A stretch of 64,000 nucleotides of DNA from Chloroflexota bacterium (GCA_963662335.2 CAXXVD010000005.1:1-64000), one strand, 5' to 3'; counted from the stretch's first letter, positions 1 to 10,801 are shown. The notes: generated from the sequence alone by a model not told the origin. Numbers and translations: made by a program.

Positions 1-1
1 C

Positions 2-1223
2 GACGGTCCGCAACTCGGCTTGGCCGACGACACGCGGTCGTGGGTTGTCAAGTACGAGCGCCTGATCGTGGCAGCCGGCTCCCGGGACGTGTGCCCTGTC
101 CTTTGCCGGGTCAAGTCTGGCGGGGGCCATGGGAGCCAACGGCGCTCACGCGCTGCTGAGTCGCTACCAGGCGCTCACTTCGCGGCGCATGGTGATCTTG
201 GGTTCGGGCAACCTGGGTCTCACGACCGCAAGGCTGGCGCTGAATAACGGCATAGAGGTCGTTGCCATTGTGGACGTGTCGCCGGCCGTGCGCGGCGACA
301 CGTCCCTCATGCGGGAACTTCAGCAAGACGGTGTGCGCCTGTATAGCTCCCATACCGTAAAGGAAGCCGTCGGCGGTGAAGACGGTATCAAATCTGTCGC
401 GCTCGTCGCGGTAGACGAAAGCAACGAGCCGGTCAGCGGTACCGAGAAGACGATCGCCGCCGACACGGTGTGCCAAGCAATCGGCCTCGTGCCCAACATA
501 GAACTCCTCAATCTTCTGGACTGCGACCTTGCTTTCAAATCCGGGCTTGGCGGCTACGTGCCGGACCATGACGAATGCATGCGCACCAGCGTCGAGAACG
601 TGTTTGTTGCCGGTGACGTTGCGGGTTGCCACGATGGCATGGTCCTGGACGCCGATACGGCCCGCAATCAAGGCCGCCGCGCTGGCATTGCCGCTGCCGA
701 GTCACTGGGCGCCATCGACAGTGCGCAGGCGCGCGCCCGGCGGGCCGAGATCCAGGCCGCGGCCGCCCCTGCACGTCCGGTCGCAGTTCATTCGGCTTGG
801 CAGCAATGGCTTCAGTCCTTCGTCAACGTGGGCGGGCCGGACGTCTTTGCCTGCGAGTGCGAGGAAGTTACCCGCGCGGAACTCATAGACCTGCAACCGC
901 CCCGTTACTTGGATTGGCGGTCGGAGCAGATGAGTAACCGGAGTCTCCAGACCCAGTTGCAGGATGGCCCGGTCGAACCGGATCAGGTCAGGCGCTTGAC
1001 GCGGGCCGGCATGGGCCACTGCCAGGGCCGGCGGTGCCGTGAGCAAGTTTCGCTTCTGCTGGCCGCGGAGTCCGGCGCCGATATAGCAAAAGTACCGCTC
1101 ATGTCCTACCGGCCGCCGGTTCGTCCTCTGCCGTTGAATGTCATGTGGCCGCACGATGAGACGGAGCAGATGCGCGAGAACTGGGTCAAGTGGTTCGTTC
1201 CCGTGAGTAGAGTGTTGGGATAG
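2..1223 (+). CDS. FAD/NAD(P)-dependent oxidoreductase with C-terminal BFD-like [2Fe-2S] domain (opine oxidase A / HcnB / sarcosine oxidase alpha-like); 5'-truncated by the window, apparent +1 frameshift near 92
   Basis: YERLIVAAGSRDV (frame from 2) continues as ALSFAGSSLAGAMGANGA in the frame of ORF 129..1223. Motifs: GSGNLG, RTSVENVFVAGDVAG, CECEEV...RAGMGHCQGRRC. Confidence 0.8.
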
Positions 1224-1253
1224 GCAGCGAGCAGCGTTCAGCGGAGTGGCAGT

Positions 1254-2414
1254 ATGCCGAGTAACAGCGCAGCCGTAGTCATCATTGGGGGCGGCGTCTC
1301 GGGCCTCAGCACGGCCTATCATCTTGCCAAGGCGGGCAAGGACGTCGTCGTCATCGAGAAAAGCGTCGTCGGCGCCGAGGCTTCCGGGCGCAACGGCGGG
1401 ATGATAAGCGAGCGCACTGACGAGCCGGCTTTGGTGCCGTTGGCGGTTGAATCTGTGCGATTGTGGCCGACTTTGGATGATGAGTTGGGCTACCCCACCG
1501 AGTTCGTGCAGGCAGGCAGGCTCCAGGTTGCCGTATCGGAAGCGGAAATGGGCCGCTACCTGACCGAGTGTGAGGTAGGGGAGCGCTTCGGCGTGGACGT
1601 GCAGGTCTTGGATCGCGGTGATATTCAGGAGTTGGCGCCCTTCGTCACCGATAGGAACCTCGGCGGGATCTTCTTCCCAAATGGCGCTCACGCCAACCCG
1701 CAACGGACGGTGCAGGCCTTTGCCTGGGCCTTGCAAGACCGGGGCGGCAAGCTCTACCAACACACCGCCGCCACGGGCTTCAAGCTCGCTGGCGGGAGAG
1801 TCACTGCAGTCGAAACCTCCGCCGGTGTCATCGAAACCGACACGGTGGTGTGCGCTGCCGGGCCTCAGACGGCGCTGTTTCTGGAGATGGTGGGCGTGCG
1901 CGTGCCCCTGGCGACGGCGCGGGCCGAGATTATTGCCACCGCGCCTTTAGAGCCGCTCTTTCAAATGGCCCTCGTGGGGAACGGACTCTACGGGCGCCAG
2001 GCCAGGAAGGGTAATCTGCTCTACGGCGGCGGGCCCCACGAATGGATCGACGTGGAACTGACTGCCGATCCCGGGAAGCCCAACACACCGCTCATACGGA
2101 ACATCGCCAGGCGGCTTGCGGACCTGTTTCCCGGGGTGGCGGACGTGCCGGTAATCCGCAGTTGGGCCGGGGTGATAGAACAGGCCCCGGACTCCCTGCC
2201 CATCATCGACATCCTGGAACGGCCGCGCAACTTCGTCTTCGTCTCCGCATCGGCGCACGGCTTCGCCATCGCCGCCGCCACCGGCAAAGTCGTGAGCGAA
2301 TTGGTGCTCCACGGCGAGTCCAGCGTTGACATCAGCGGCCTCAGGCTGGGCAGATTCGGCGACGTCAGCCCCAACTGGCGAGAGGAACTTGGATGGATCC
2401 CGGCTCCCGTATGA
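1254..2414 (+). CDS. DAO-family FAD-dependent oxidoreductase (sarcosine oxidase beta / opine oxidase B / HcnC-like)
   Basis: VVIIGGGVSG, ASGRNGG, RSWAG and HGFAIA motifs; co-oriented 30 bp after the alpha-like subunit. Confidence 0.88.
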   Translation: MPSNSAAVVIIGGGVSGLSTAYHLAKAGKDVVVIEKSVVGAEASGRNGGMISERTDEPALVPLAVESVRLWPTLDDELGYPTEFVQAGRLQVAVSEAEMGRYLTECEVGERFGVDVQVLDRGDIQELAPFVTDRNLGGIFFPNGAHANPQRTVQAFAWALQDRGGKLYQHTAATGFKLAGGRVTAVETSAGVIETDTVVCAAGPQTALFLEMVGVRVPLATARAEIIATAPLEPLFQMALVGNGLYGRQARKGNLLYGGGPHEWIDVELTADPGKPNTPLIRNIARRLADLFPGVADVPVIRSWAGVIEQAPDSLPIIDILERPRNFVFVSASAHGFAIAAATGKVVSELVLHGESSVDISGLRLGRFGDVSPNWREELGWIPAPV

Positions 2415-2418
2415 CCTG

Positions 2419-2467
2419 CACATGTATACACTCGAATTGTTGGGGTTGAAATGGAAGGCAAGCGAAG
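2419..2467 (+). pseudogene. Decayed internal fragment of the alpha-class DNA methyltransferase at 4165..5424
   Basis: 40/49 nt identical (manual alignment) to 5104-5152, with an exact core CGAATTGTTGGGGTTG. Translates HMYTLELLGLKWKASE versus HTYAYELLGLEWKADE. Confidence 0.75.
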
Positions 2468-2494
2468 TGATAGGTGGAATAGCAAGACGTTGAC

Positions 2495-2524
2495 TTGAAA
2501 AAGCCCTATTCCTGTTGCTATGAT
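2495..2524 (+). promoter_or_regulatory. Sigma70-type promoter of the RM islet
   Basis: TTGAAA-18 nt-TATGAT with extended TG, upstream of the probable TTG start at 2561. Confidence 0.55.
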
Positions 2525-2560
2525 GCCATCAGGACAGGCGTAGTAGAAAAGTGGTTAGCC

Positions 2561-3382
2561 TTGCCTGAGGCAACTGTTCTCTTAGGCGATTGCAGAGAAC
2601 AACTGACATCCGTTGCGCCCGGTTCCGTTGATCTAATCGTCACGTCTCCCCCGTATGCCAATCAACGCTCCGCCACTTATGGCGGCATCAAGCCTGATGA
2701 GTACGTGGATTGGTTCTTGCCCATCATCGACCAATTGCATCGCGTGCTCAAACCAACTGGCACATTCATCCTCAACATCAAAGAGCCCGCGATCAGTGGC
2801 GAGCGGCACACGTGCACGTTAGAGTTGGTGCTTGCAATGCGCAAGCACGGCTGGCTCTGGACTGAGGAGTTTATCTGGCACAAGAAAAATTGCTATCCCG
2901 GCAAGTGGCCTAACAGATTCCGCGACGCTTGGGAGCGACTCTACCAGTTCAACAAACATCGTCAGTTCAAGATGAATCAGGAAGCCGTTATGGTACCTGT
3001 GGGTGACTGGTACGAAAACCGGATGAGCAACTTGAGCGAAACGGACAAGACACGTGACGAATCCAAGGTGGGCAGTGGCTTTGGCAAGAAAGTTGAGAAT
3101 TGGATTGGCCGCGAATCCGTATACCCTACTAACGTTCTTCATGGCGCCACCGAGTGCGGTAACCGAAAACACAGTGCGGTGTTCCCATACTGGCTGCCGG
3201 AGTGGTTCATCTTGTTATTCACGGACCCAGGAGACACGGTGTTGGACCCCTTTGCCGGTTCCGGAACTTCGCTCTTTGCTGCTCTAAACTTGGGCCGCAA
3301 TGCAATTGGAATAGAGATTCATGAGCCATATTTTGAGAAACTGCAGGAACAACTATCTCCGCTTGGCGCACTCACAATATGA
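2561..3382 (+). CDS. Site-specific DNA amino-methyltransferase, beta class (probably N4-cytosine)
   Basis: GDC start, DLIVTSPPY catalytic motif before VLDPFAGSGT (SAM binding), HSAVFP. Start moved from 2495 to TTG 2561 because the promoter lies within the ORF extension. Confidence 0.92.
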   Translation: MPEATVLLGDCREQLTSVAPGSVDLIVTSPPYANQRSATYGGIKPDEYVDWFLPIIDQLHRVLKPTGTFILNIKEPAISGERHTCTLELVLAMRKHGWLWTEEFIWHKKNCYPGKWPNRFRDAWERLYQFNKHRQFKMNQEAVMVPVGDWYENRMSNLSETDKTRDESKVGSGFGKKVENWIGRESVYPTNVLHGATECGNRKHSAVFPYWLPEWFILLFTDPGDTVLDPFAGSGTSLFAALNLGRNAIGIEIHEPYFEKLQEQLSPLGALTI

Positions 3383-4128
3383 GTGCAATAACCGATGCGC
3401 AAGTTACTGGCTACGTGAAAGCCAATGTAGGGACGTTCCACAGTAAACGCTTAGAGGCTCTGAAAAAACTGCGTCTCGAAAAATTGCTCCGTCGCAAGAA
3501 CCCTTACTTGTTCAAGAGCAAGAACATAACCGTAGCCTCTGACCTTATTCGCTCCCTTTTGTCAGCGCACCTCAGTTCTCAGGAAGAAACTCTATTCGGC
3601 GACTTCCTGGAAGGTCTCGCAATCTACGTAGCGGAGGTTGTTCATGGTGGGCAGAAGTCCGCTGCCACAGGCATAGACCTGGAGTTCACCTTGGAGGATG
3701 TTCGCTATATCGTTTCCATCAAGTCCGGACCCAACTGGGGCAACAGTTCACAGGTTGCGAAAATGCGGGACAACTTTGCTGCTGCCACTCGCCTGATTCG
3801 GCAAGGGAATCGTACTGCTAACGTCATTGCCGTAAACGGGTGCTGTTACGGTAGAGACTCTTCTCCCGACAAGGAGGGGTACTTCAAGTACTGCGGCCAG
3901 GAATTCTGGGAACTAATCTCTGGAGATCCTAAGTTCTACAAGCGCATCATCGAGCCGCTGGGTCATGAAGCCAAGCAGCGCAACCAGGACTTCGCCAACC
4001 AGTACGGGGCCGTAGTGAATCAGATGAGTAGGAAGTTCGTCGATGGGTTCTGCGCAAAGGACGGCTCAATAGACTGGCCCAAGCTGGTAGCATTCAGTTC
4101 CAAGAGAGGGCCGGCTCCCAGGCTCTAA
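3379..4128 (+). CDS. Type II restriction endonuclease, EcoO109I/PmeII family
   Basis: RKNPYLF, SSQEETLFGDFLE, GIDLEF...SIKSGPNWGN, CGQEFWELISGD (PD-(D/E)xK-like); 4-bp ATGA overlap with the MTase. Confidence 0.82.
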   Translation: MSAITDAQVTGYVKANVGTFHSKRLEALKKLRLEKLLRRKNPYLFKSKNITVASDLIRSLLSAHLSSQEETLFGDFLEGLAIYVAEVVHGGQKSAATGIDLEFTLEDVRYIVSIKSGPNWGNSSQVAKMRDNFAAATRLIRQGNRTANVIAVNGCCYGRDSSPDKEGYFKYCGQEFWELISGDPKFYKRIIEPLGHEAKQRNQDFANQYGAVVNQMSRKFVDGFCAKDGSIDWPKLVAFSSKRGPAPRL

Positions 4129-4164
4129 TAGGGACATGGTACTGAGAGTAGCAGACTCCAACTG

Positions 4165-5424
4165 TTGGGAAGAAATCGAGTGGATTCCAGTTCTAAAGTG
4201 ACACAGCGTTTACACAAACACCAAACAGCTTCCGCCAAAGAAATAGCAGACTCACACGGATACTCCCCCCAGTATCCGGAAACACCATTCACAGACTTCA
4301 ACTCTGTAACGCCTAATACTGCCTTGGAGTCACTGAACTTAAACTGGCGGGAGACAGACTTGCCGGAGCGGATTCGGACGAAACACGTTCACCGGCTGCA
4401 CCCATATCTTGGCAAGTTCATTCCACAGTTAGTCGAGATTTTCCTGCGCAAGTTTGAGCCGACGACCGTATGCGACCCGTTTTGCGGCTCGGGCACAACG
4501 CTCGTAGAAGCAGCAACACTGGGGATAAATGCGGTAGGATGCGATATTTCCGAATTCAACACGCTCATGACCCGAGTTAAGACGGGCAAGTACGACCTCA
4601 GGCTGCTCGAGTCTGAAGTCAACGATATTCTTGGCAAAGTACTGTCCACACCACAGTTGACGTTACGGGAAGAGAGGGCGCCGTATCATGCGAGTGACTA
4701 CCTCAAGTCGTGGTTCGCGCCACAGGCGCTGGCGTCACTCCTCGCCTACCGTGAGCTTATTCCAGAATACACGTACAGCGACGTACTGAGACTGATCCTG
4801 TCACGAGCGGCCAGGTCCGCACGCCGCACAACCCACTTTGACCTTGACTTCCCCAAACAGCCTCAGACTGAACCCTACTACTGCTACAAGCATGGCCGGA
4901 CATGCAAGCCAACAGAGAATGCGGCGCAGTTTCTCAAGCGGTATAGCAACGACACGCTGAAGCGGATACGTGAGTTTACGGCCATGCGCAGAGACGTGGC
5001 CATTTTGACCATGACCGAAGATTCCAGAACAGCGCAGTTCCCCAAGTTCGATCTTGTCGTCACCTCGCCGCCCTACGTTGGACTGATTGATTATCATAAG
5101 CAACACACGTATGCATACGAATTGTTGGGGTTGGAGTGGAAGGCTGACGAAGAAATCGGGCCGGCGGCAAAAGGCAACTCACTTCGCGCGCAGGCCGAAT
5201 ACGTTGACAGCATGACGAAGTCTTTCAATAACGTGAAACGGAGTCTCTCGGAACAGGGGCGGATGGTCGTGATCGTTAACGACAAAGCCGGCCTCTATGA
5301 CGAAATCCAAGAGAGAGTCGGTATGACTCTCGAGACGAGATTGGAAAGACACGTGAACAGAAGGACGGGAAGAAGGGCCGGAGACTTCTTCGAGAGCATT
5401 CTCGTTTGGGCCGCAAAGGGATAG
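4165..5424 (+). CDS. DNA methyltransferase, alpha class (probably N4-cytosine, M.MjaII-like)
   Basis: HRLHPYLGKFIPQL and DPFCGSGTT precede DLVVTSPPY; exact start uncertain. Confidence 0.9.
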   Translation: MGRNRVDSSSKVTQRLHKHQTASAKEIADSHGYSPQYPETPFTDFNSVTPNTALESLNLNWRETDLPERIRTKHVHRLHPYLGKFIPQLVEIFLRKFEPTTVCDPFCGSGTTLVEAATLGINAVGCDISEFNTLMTRVKTGKYDLRLLESEVNDILGKVLSTPQLTLREERAPYHASDYLKSWFAPQALASLLAYRELIPEYTYSDVLRLILSRAARSARRTTHFDLDFPKQPQTEPYYCYKHGRTCKPTENAAQFLKRYSNDTLKRIREFTAMRRDVAILTMTEDSRTAQFPKFDLVVTSPPYVGLIDYHKQHTYAYELLGLEWKADEEIGPAAKGNSLRAQAEYVDSMTKSFNNVKRSLSEQGRMVVIVNDKAGLYDEIQERVGMTLETRLERHVNRRTGRRAGDFFESILVWAAKG

Positions 5425-5429
5425 GTGAA

Positions 5430-6209
5430 GTGAAATCAGCGACACAGGAAGCTGTCTTCGAGGTACTACGAGAGTTTGCCTTTAGCCAGATTCCAAAGTT
5501 GAGCAAATGGAGCCTCGCTGACATTGGGCAAGCGTATCCATTTCACCAACTCTTCTTTCCTCAAGAAGCTATCCTGGCGGCGAGAGTTGAACGAAGCGTG
5601 GTCACGTCGATGGGTACGAAACTCTACCCAGCTTTGGCTGAAGCCATTGCCGGGAGTCACTATAGGAAGGTGTTTGTTGAGCACGTCATTGAAGGCACGG
5701 TCAACGATGCGGCCGTAAACATGATCGAGCAAATCGTGACTGAACTTCGGACATCTCCAAGTAAACGAGAGACAGGTCGAGAACCGGACCATGACGGGGA
5801 ACTGCGCGACATTCTGTACTCGCGAGGTGGTGGACAGTCAAACAGATCGGTCACCGCCGATCTGTTTGTAGAGGACTTCGATGACGGTCCCCTCTTCATT
5901 GAATTGAAGAGTCCGCTCCCAAATCTGGATATTGCCGCCGAGTCAAAGAGAAAGCTCCTCTATTACTTGACCATAATGAGCAGAAGGGGAGTGAGCAAGT
6001 CAAAAGCGTTTCTCGGCCTGACGTACAATCCCTTTATCACGCGCGACCAGTACAAGCATCCCTTTACGAAGAGGATCATGGACATGGACAAGCAGGTACT
6101 GATTGGCAGCGAGTTGTGGGACTATATCGGCGGCCCCGGAACATATACCAGCCTGCTATCGCTAATCGAGCAAGTCCGTCAGGAGGTGTCCGACTCTGCT
6201 GACTTCTAG
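5430..6209 (+). CDS. Type II restriction endonuclease, TdeIII/MjaII family
   Basis: ERSVVTSMG, ADLF...FIELKSPLPN, YNPF, VLIGSELWDYIGGPGTY; GTG start 5 nt after the MTase stop. Confidence 0.82.
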   Translation: MKSATQEAVFEVLREFAFSQIPKLSKWSLADIGQAYPFHQLFFPQEAILAARVERSVVTSMGTKLYPALAEAIAGSHYRKVFVEHVIEGTVNDAAVNMIEQIVTELRTSPSKRETGREPDHDGELRDILYSRGGGQSNRSVTADLFVEDFDDGPLFIELKSPLPNLDIAAESKRKLLYYLTIMSRRGVSKSKAFLGLTYNPFITRDQYKHPFTKRIMDMDKQVLIGSELWDYIGGPGTYTSLLSLIEQVRQEVSDSADF

Positions 6210-6244
6210 CCTATTAGAATTCGGTTGGCGCAGGCAAGAGTCCT

Positions 6245-6712
6245 TTGGAAGCTGCTAACGGTACCATACCCTATCAAGTCAGACCGGCGGGCAAGAGCGA
6301 TGCGCAGGCAGTATTGCGTCTGTCGCGGCTTTGGGCGGAAGAAGGCTGTACCGACGGCTATGTCGCCTGCACGTTAGAGCACTTTCAACAATGGCTCGAC
6401 GGTGGTTACTTCTTCGTTGGCGAATTTCAGGGCGAGGTCGTGGCGTACGCCGCGGGAGTCGTGAAACTTGGCAAAGGCTACCTCTTCAAGCCCGAGGGCG
6501 AGCAGTATTTGAACGTTGATGAAGTCTACGTGCATGCCGACCACCGCGATAAGGGCCTTGGTACGCGACTCGTGCAGGCACTCTTGGACAAAGCGGAAGC
6601 GGAAGGAATCGTGCGCTCCATGGTTGGCTCGAACAACGTGGATTGGCTAGCCACCCTTCGGTTCTACGAGCGGCATGGGTATCGGATGCAGTCGATTCAG
6701 ATGTACAAGTAG
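6245..6712 (+). CDS. GNAT family N-acetyltransferase
   Basis: VYVHADHRDKGLGTRL acetyl-CoA motif; LRFYERHGY. Confidence 0.9.
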   Translation: MEAANGTIPYQVRPAGKSDAQAVLRLSRLWAEEGCTDGYVACTLEHFQQWLDGGYFFVGEFQGEVVAYAAGVVKLGKGYLFKPEGEQYLNVDEVYVHADHRDKGLGTRLVQALLDKAEAEGIVRSMVGSNNVDWLATLRFYERHGYRMQSIQMYK

Positions 6713-6959
6713 CGCCAACCGGTTTGCTCTACGACACTTCGCCGACTGTCCCTGCGTCTGCGAGACCAGTCCCCTATCACTTGGCCTTGCTGTCGTTCAC
6801 GCGGGGCGAGAGCGGACGGAGTGACCCCCGGAAGTCTCACTCTATCTGGGTTGACATTGCGTTTCAGCACATCCTGGATAGCGCCCCGCTTGCCAACCGC
6901 CTCCCACTCATGATACAGAGAGAGGGCGAGCAAGCAGAGCATGGCGGAGAAACGGCACC

Positions 6960-7343
6960 ATGACGAAGCGTATACGTATCTGCTGCGGCGAGCTAAGCGT
7001 TACGGCAACCCTCGATGCCTCTACTTCCGCCCAAGCGATCTGGGACGCGCTGCCGCTTGCGGGCAGCGCCAACGTGTGGGGCGACGAAATCTACTTTCGC
7101 ATACCGGTAGCGCTCGCGGAAGATGACGATGCCCAGGAAGTGGTGGCGCTCGGCGCGCTCGGCTACTGGCCGCCGGGCAATGCCTTCTGCATCTTCTTCG
7201 GCCCGACGCCTATGAGCCGGGGCAATGAGATTCGCGCCGCCTCACCGGTTAACGTCTTTGGCGCAATAGATGGTGACGCTACCTTCTTCAAGCAGGTTGC
7301 CAGCGGCGCCCAAATCTCAATCGAGCGAATCGAGCAGGATTAG
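6960..7343 (+). CDS. Cyclophilin-like fold protein (DUF369/TM1367-like)
   Basis: AIWDALP...WGDEIYF...YWPPGNAFCIFFGPTP...ASPVNVFG signature. Confidence 0.88.
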   Translation: MTKRIRICCGELSVTATLDASTSAQAIWDALPLAGSANVWGDEIYFRIPVALAEDDDAQEVVALGALGYWPPGNAFCIFFGPTPMSRGNEIRAASPVNVFGAIDGDATFFKQVASGAQISIERIEQD

Positions 7344-7387
7344 CGGTTTTCGGTTGACTGAATACATGCCATTGAGGAGTGTCAGCT

Positions 7388-8221
7388 ATGCCCTATGCGT
7401 TGGAAGACGAATTTGGTGACATCATTGGCAAGGCGCGGCGGGGGTTGGGGTTGAGCGTAGACGCGGTGGCGGAGCGGGTGGGTGTGAGCGCCGGGGATAT
7501 CGAGAGCATGGAGAGCTATGCGCTCACGCCGGACCAGGCGGTGATTGGCCGCCTGGCGGACGCGTTGGGTCTGCACGCCGAGCGGCTGGGCGCGATTGCG
7601 CGGGAAGAGTGGGAGCCTGCGCCGAGCAGTCTTGCGGCCGGTGCAGACATTGCCATAGAGCGCTTCCTGGTGGAGGCGTACAACGCGAACGTCTACCTGC
7701 TGGTCAACACGCAGACTAAGACCGCCTTGCTTATAGACGCCGGCGGGTTGGGCGAGGAGGTGGCGCGCCGGGTGGACGAGGTCGGAGTGCGGCTGCTGGC
7801 AATCCTCTTCACGCACGGGCACGGCGACCATACGGAAGCGGCAAGCACGATCCAGCGGCAAACCGGCGCCGCCGCGTACGCCGCTCCCGCCGACGCGCGC
7901 CTCATCAAAGGCGCGCTTGGCGCCGGCCTGCAGGCGTTGCAGGGCAACGAAACCCTCGCCTGCGACGGGTTTAGCGTGCGGGTCGTGTCAACGCCCGGCC
8001 ATACGGCTGGCAGCACGACCTTCGTCATCGGCAATGCCGCCTTTACCGGCGATACGCTCTTTGCCGGCTCGATGGGGCGGTGCAGCCTCGACTATGCCGG
8101 CATGTTGCAAACCATTCGCGCTCAAGTACTCGCCTTGCCGCCGTCCACCGGCCTCTTTCCGGGCCACGGCCCGGCCACCACGGTAGGTGAAGAACGGGCG
8201 CACAATCCCTTCTTCGACTGA
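7388..8221 (+). CDS. XRE-type HTH + MBL-fold metallo-hydrolase (glyoxalase II/YcbL-like) fusion
   Basis: N-terminal IGKARRGLGLSVDAVAERVGVS HTH; THGHGDH, TPGHT, FTGDTLF, PGHG; GAGGAG RBS. Confidence 0.85.
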   Translation: MPYALEDEFGDIIGKARRGLGLSVDAVAERVGVSAGDIESMESYALTPDQAVIGRLADALGLHAERLGAIAREEWEPAPSSLAAGADIAIERFLVEAYNANVYLLVNTQTKTALLIDAGGLGEEVARRVDEVGVRLLAILFTHGHGDHTEAASTIQRQTGAAAYAAPADARLIKGALGAGLQALQGNETLACDGFSVRVVSTPGHTAGSTTFVIGNAAFTGDTLFAGSMGRCSLDYAGMLQTIRAQVLALPPSTGLFPGHGPATTVGEERAHNPFFD

Positions 8222-8365
8222 CCAAACCGAAGAAGCGGCGCGGATTCAAGCGCGTAAGGGAGATGCGGACTTCATGTTGAGCGCGCCGCCGTACCCGCTT
8301 GCCGTGTTTGGTAGGGAAGGCGCAAGGCGAGCGCGACAACGCCGCGAATCAGGAGTTTCAATCAG

Positions 8366-9604
<1,239 letters not shown>

Positions 9605-9688
9605 CGTGGAGTCTGCTCAGCCACTGGGGGCCGCGAGCCGCGCGCGGTGGGCAAGCGACTGCCGCTCCGTGTGACCTGCCGCTTGCGC

Positions 9689-10801
9689 TCAGCTAGCGAA
9701 TTTCCCAAAACGGGTGGGATCCCAGCGCGTAACCGGGCGGTCGGTGCGGCCGGTTGTAAGCAGATCCCCTATGACTTCGGCGGTGATGGGCGCCTGCTGG
9801 ATGCCCAATTTGTGATGGCCCACGGCGTAGTAGTAGCCGGGCAAGGCCGACGGGCCGACTAGCGGGTAGCCGTCCGGGCTGAAGGGGCGAAATCCCGTCC
9901 ACAACTCTTCAATAGTCCCGTCCGCCAACGCGGGCACGGCCTGGATAGCGGCCTGGAGCATCCCCTGTATCGCGCCGGCAGTGTTGCGGCGGTCGTAGCC
10001 CACCTTTTCGGTGGTCGCCCCCAGCACGATGCGGCCGCTCTTGCGCGGAATGATGATGTACTGCGGCAGGTTGACGAGGTGGCTGAGCGCGACGGAGTCC
10101 GCGCGCAGGGCGAGCATCTGGCCGCGCTCCGGTTCCACCGGAATGTGTTCCGGCGCGCCCCGCAGCGCGCCGCCCCAACTGCCGGCCGCGTTGACGACCG
10201 CTCCCGCATTGAAAACGTCGTTTGCCGTGCGCACGCCGGTGACCTTGCCCCGCTCGACCTGAAGCGACTGGGCGTCACAGCCGGTGAATACGTCCACTCC
10301 TGCCCGGCGCACGCCGCTATCCAGGGCGCGCAGCACGCGCCGGTTCTCGATGTTCGCGCACGAGGTAACCATGCCGAGCGTTACCGGTACCGTAACCTCC
10401 GGCTGCCGCGCCTGAACCTCGCCGGCATCGATGAACTCACAGCCGAGACCCACGCCGTCCAACTGAGGCTGCAACGCGCGCATGGCGGCTTCGTCTTCGT
10501 CGGTAAAGGCAAGGTGGAGCGCGGGATGGCACACCGCTTCTACGTCAATGCCGGTTTCGTCGGCCAGAACGGGGGCCAAGGCCAGCAGCATCTCGCTGCC
10601 CTCTACGCGCAGCGCAAAGTCGGCAATGCTCTCGTAGGCATAGGGCCGGCTCATGAGCACGCCGGCGGACGCCCACGAGGCCTCTTTGCCGACCTCGCCG
10701 CGCTCCAGGAGGGCCACGCCGAGACCGGCAGCGCGCAGAGAGCGGGCAGTCATGAGTCCGATGATGCCGCCGCCGACAATGACGACGTCGTATGCTTTCA
10801 C
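9689..10801 (-). CDS. Glycine oxidase ThiO-like FAD oxidoreductase
   Basis: IVGGGIIG, ASWASAGVL, AAGSW, PERGQM, WTGFRP. Confidence 0.8.
   Translation of the reverse strand: MKAYDVVIVGGGIIGLMTARSLRAAGLGVALLERGEVGKEASWASAGVLMSRPYAYESIADFALRVEGSEMLLALAPVLADETGIDVEAVCHPALHLAFTDEDEAAMRALQPQLDGVGLGCEFIDAGEVQARQPEVTVPVTLGMVTSCANIENRRVLRALDSGVRRAGVDVFTGCDAQSLQVERGKVTGVRTANDVFNAGAVVNAAGSWGGALRGAPEHIPVEPERGQMLALRADSVALSHLVNLPQYIIIPRKSGRIVLGATTEKVGYDRRNTAGAIQGMLQAAIQAVPALADGTIEELWTGFRPFSPDGYPLVGPSALPGYYYAVGHHKLGIQQAPITAEVIGDLLTTGRTDRPVTRWDPTRFGKFAS

Noticed and set aside
2419-5152. DGR template/variable repeat pair
   Set aside because: Mismatches are not adenine-specific in either copy, and no reverse transcriptase is present.
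9689-10801. Thiamine biosynthesis operon
   Set aside because: The ThiO-like gene stands alone, with no thiS/thiG or TPP riboswitch seen, so no gene symbol was assigned.
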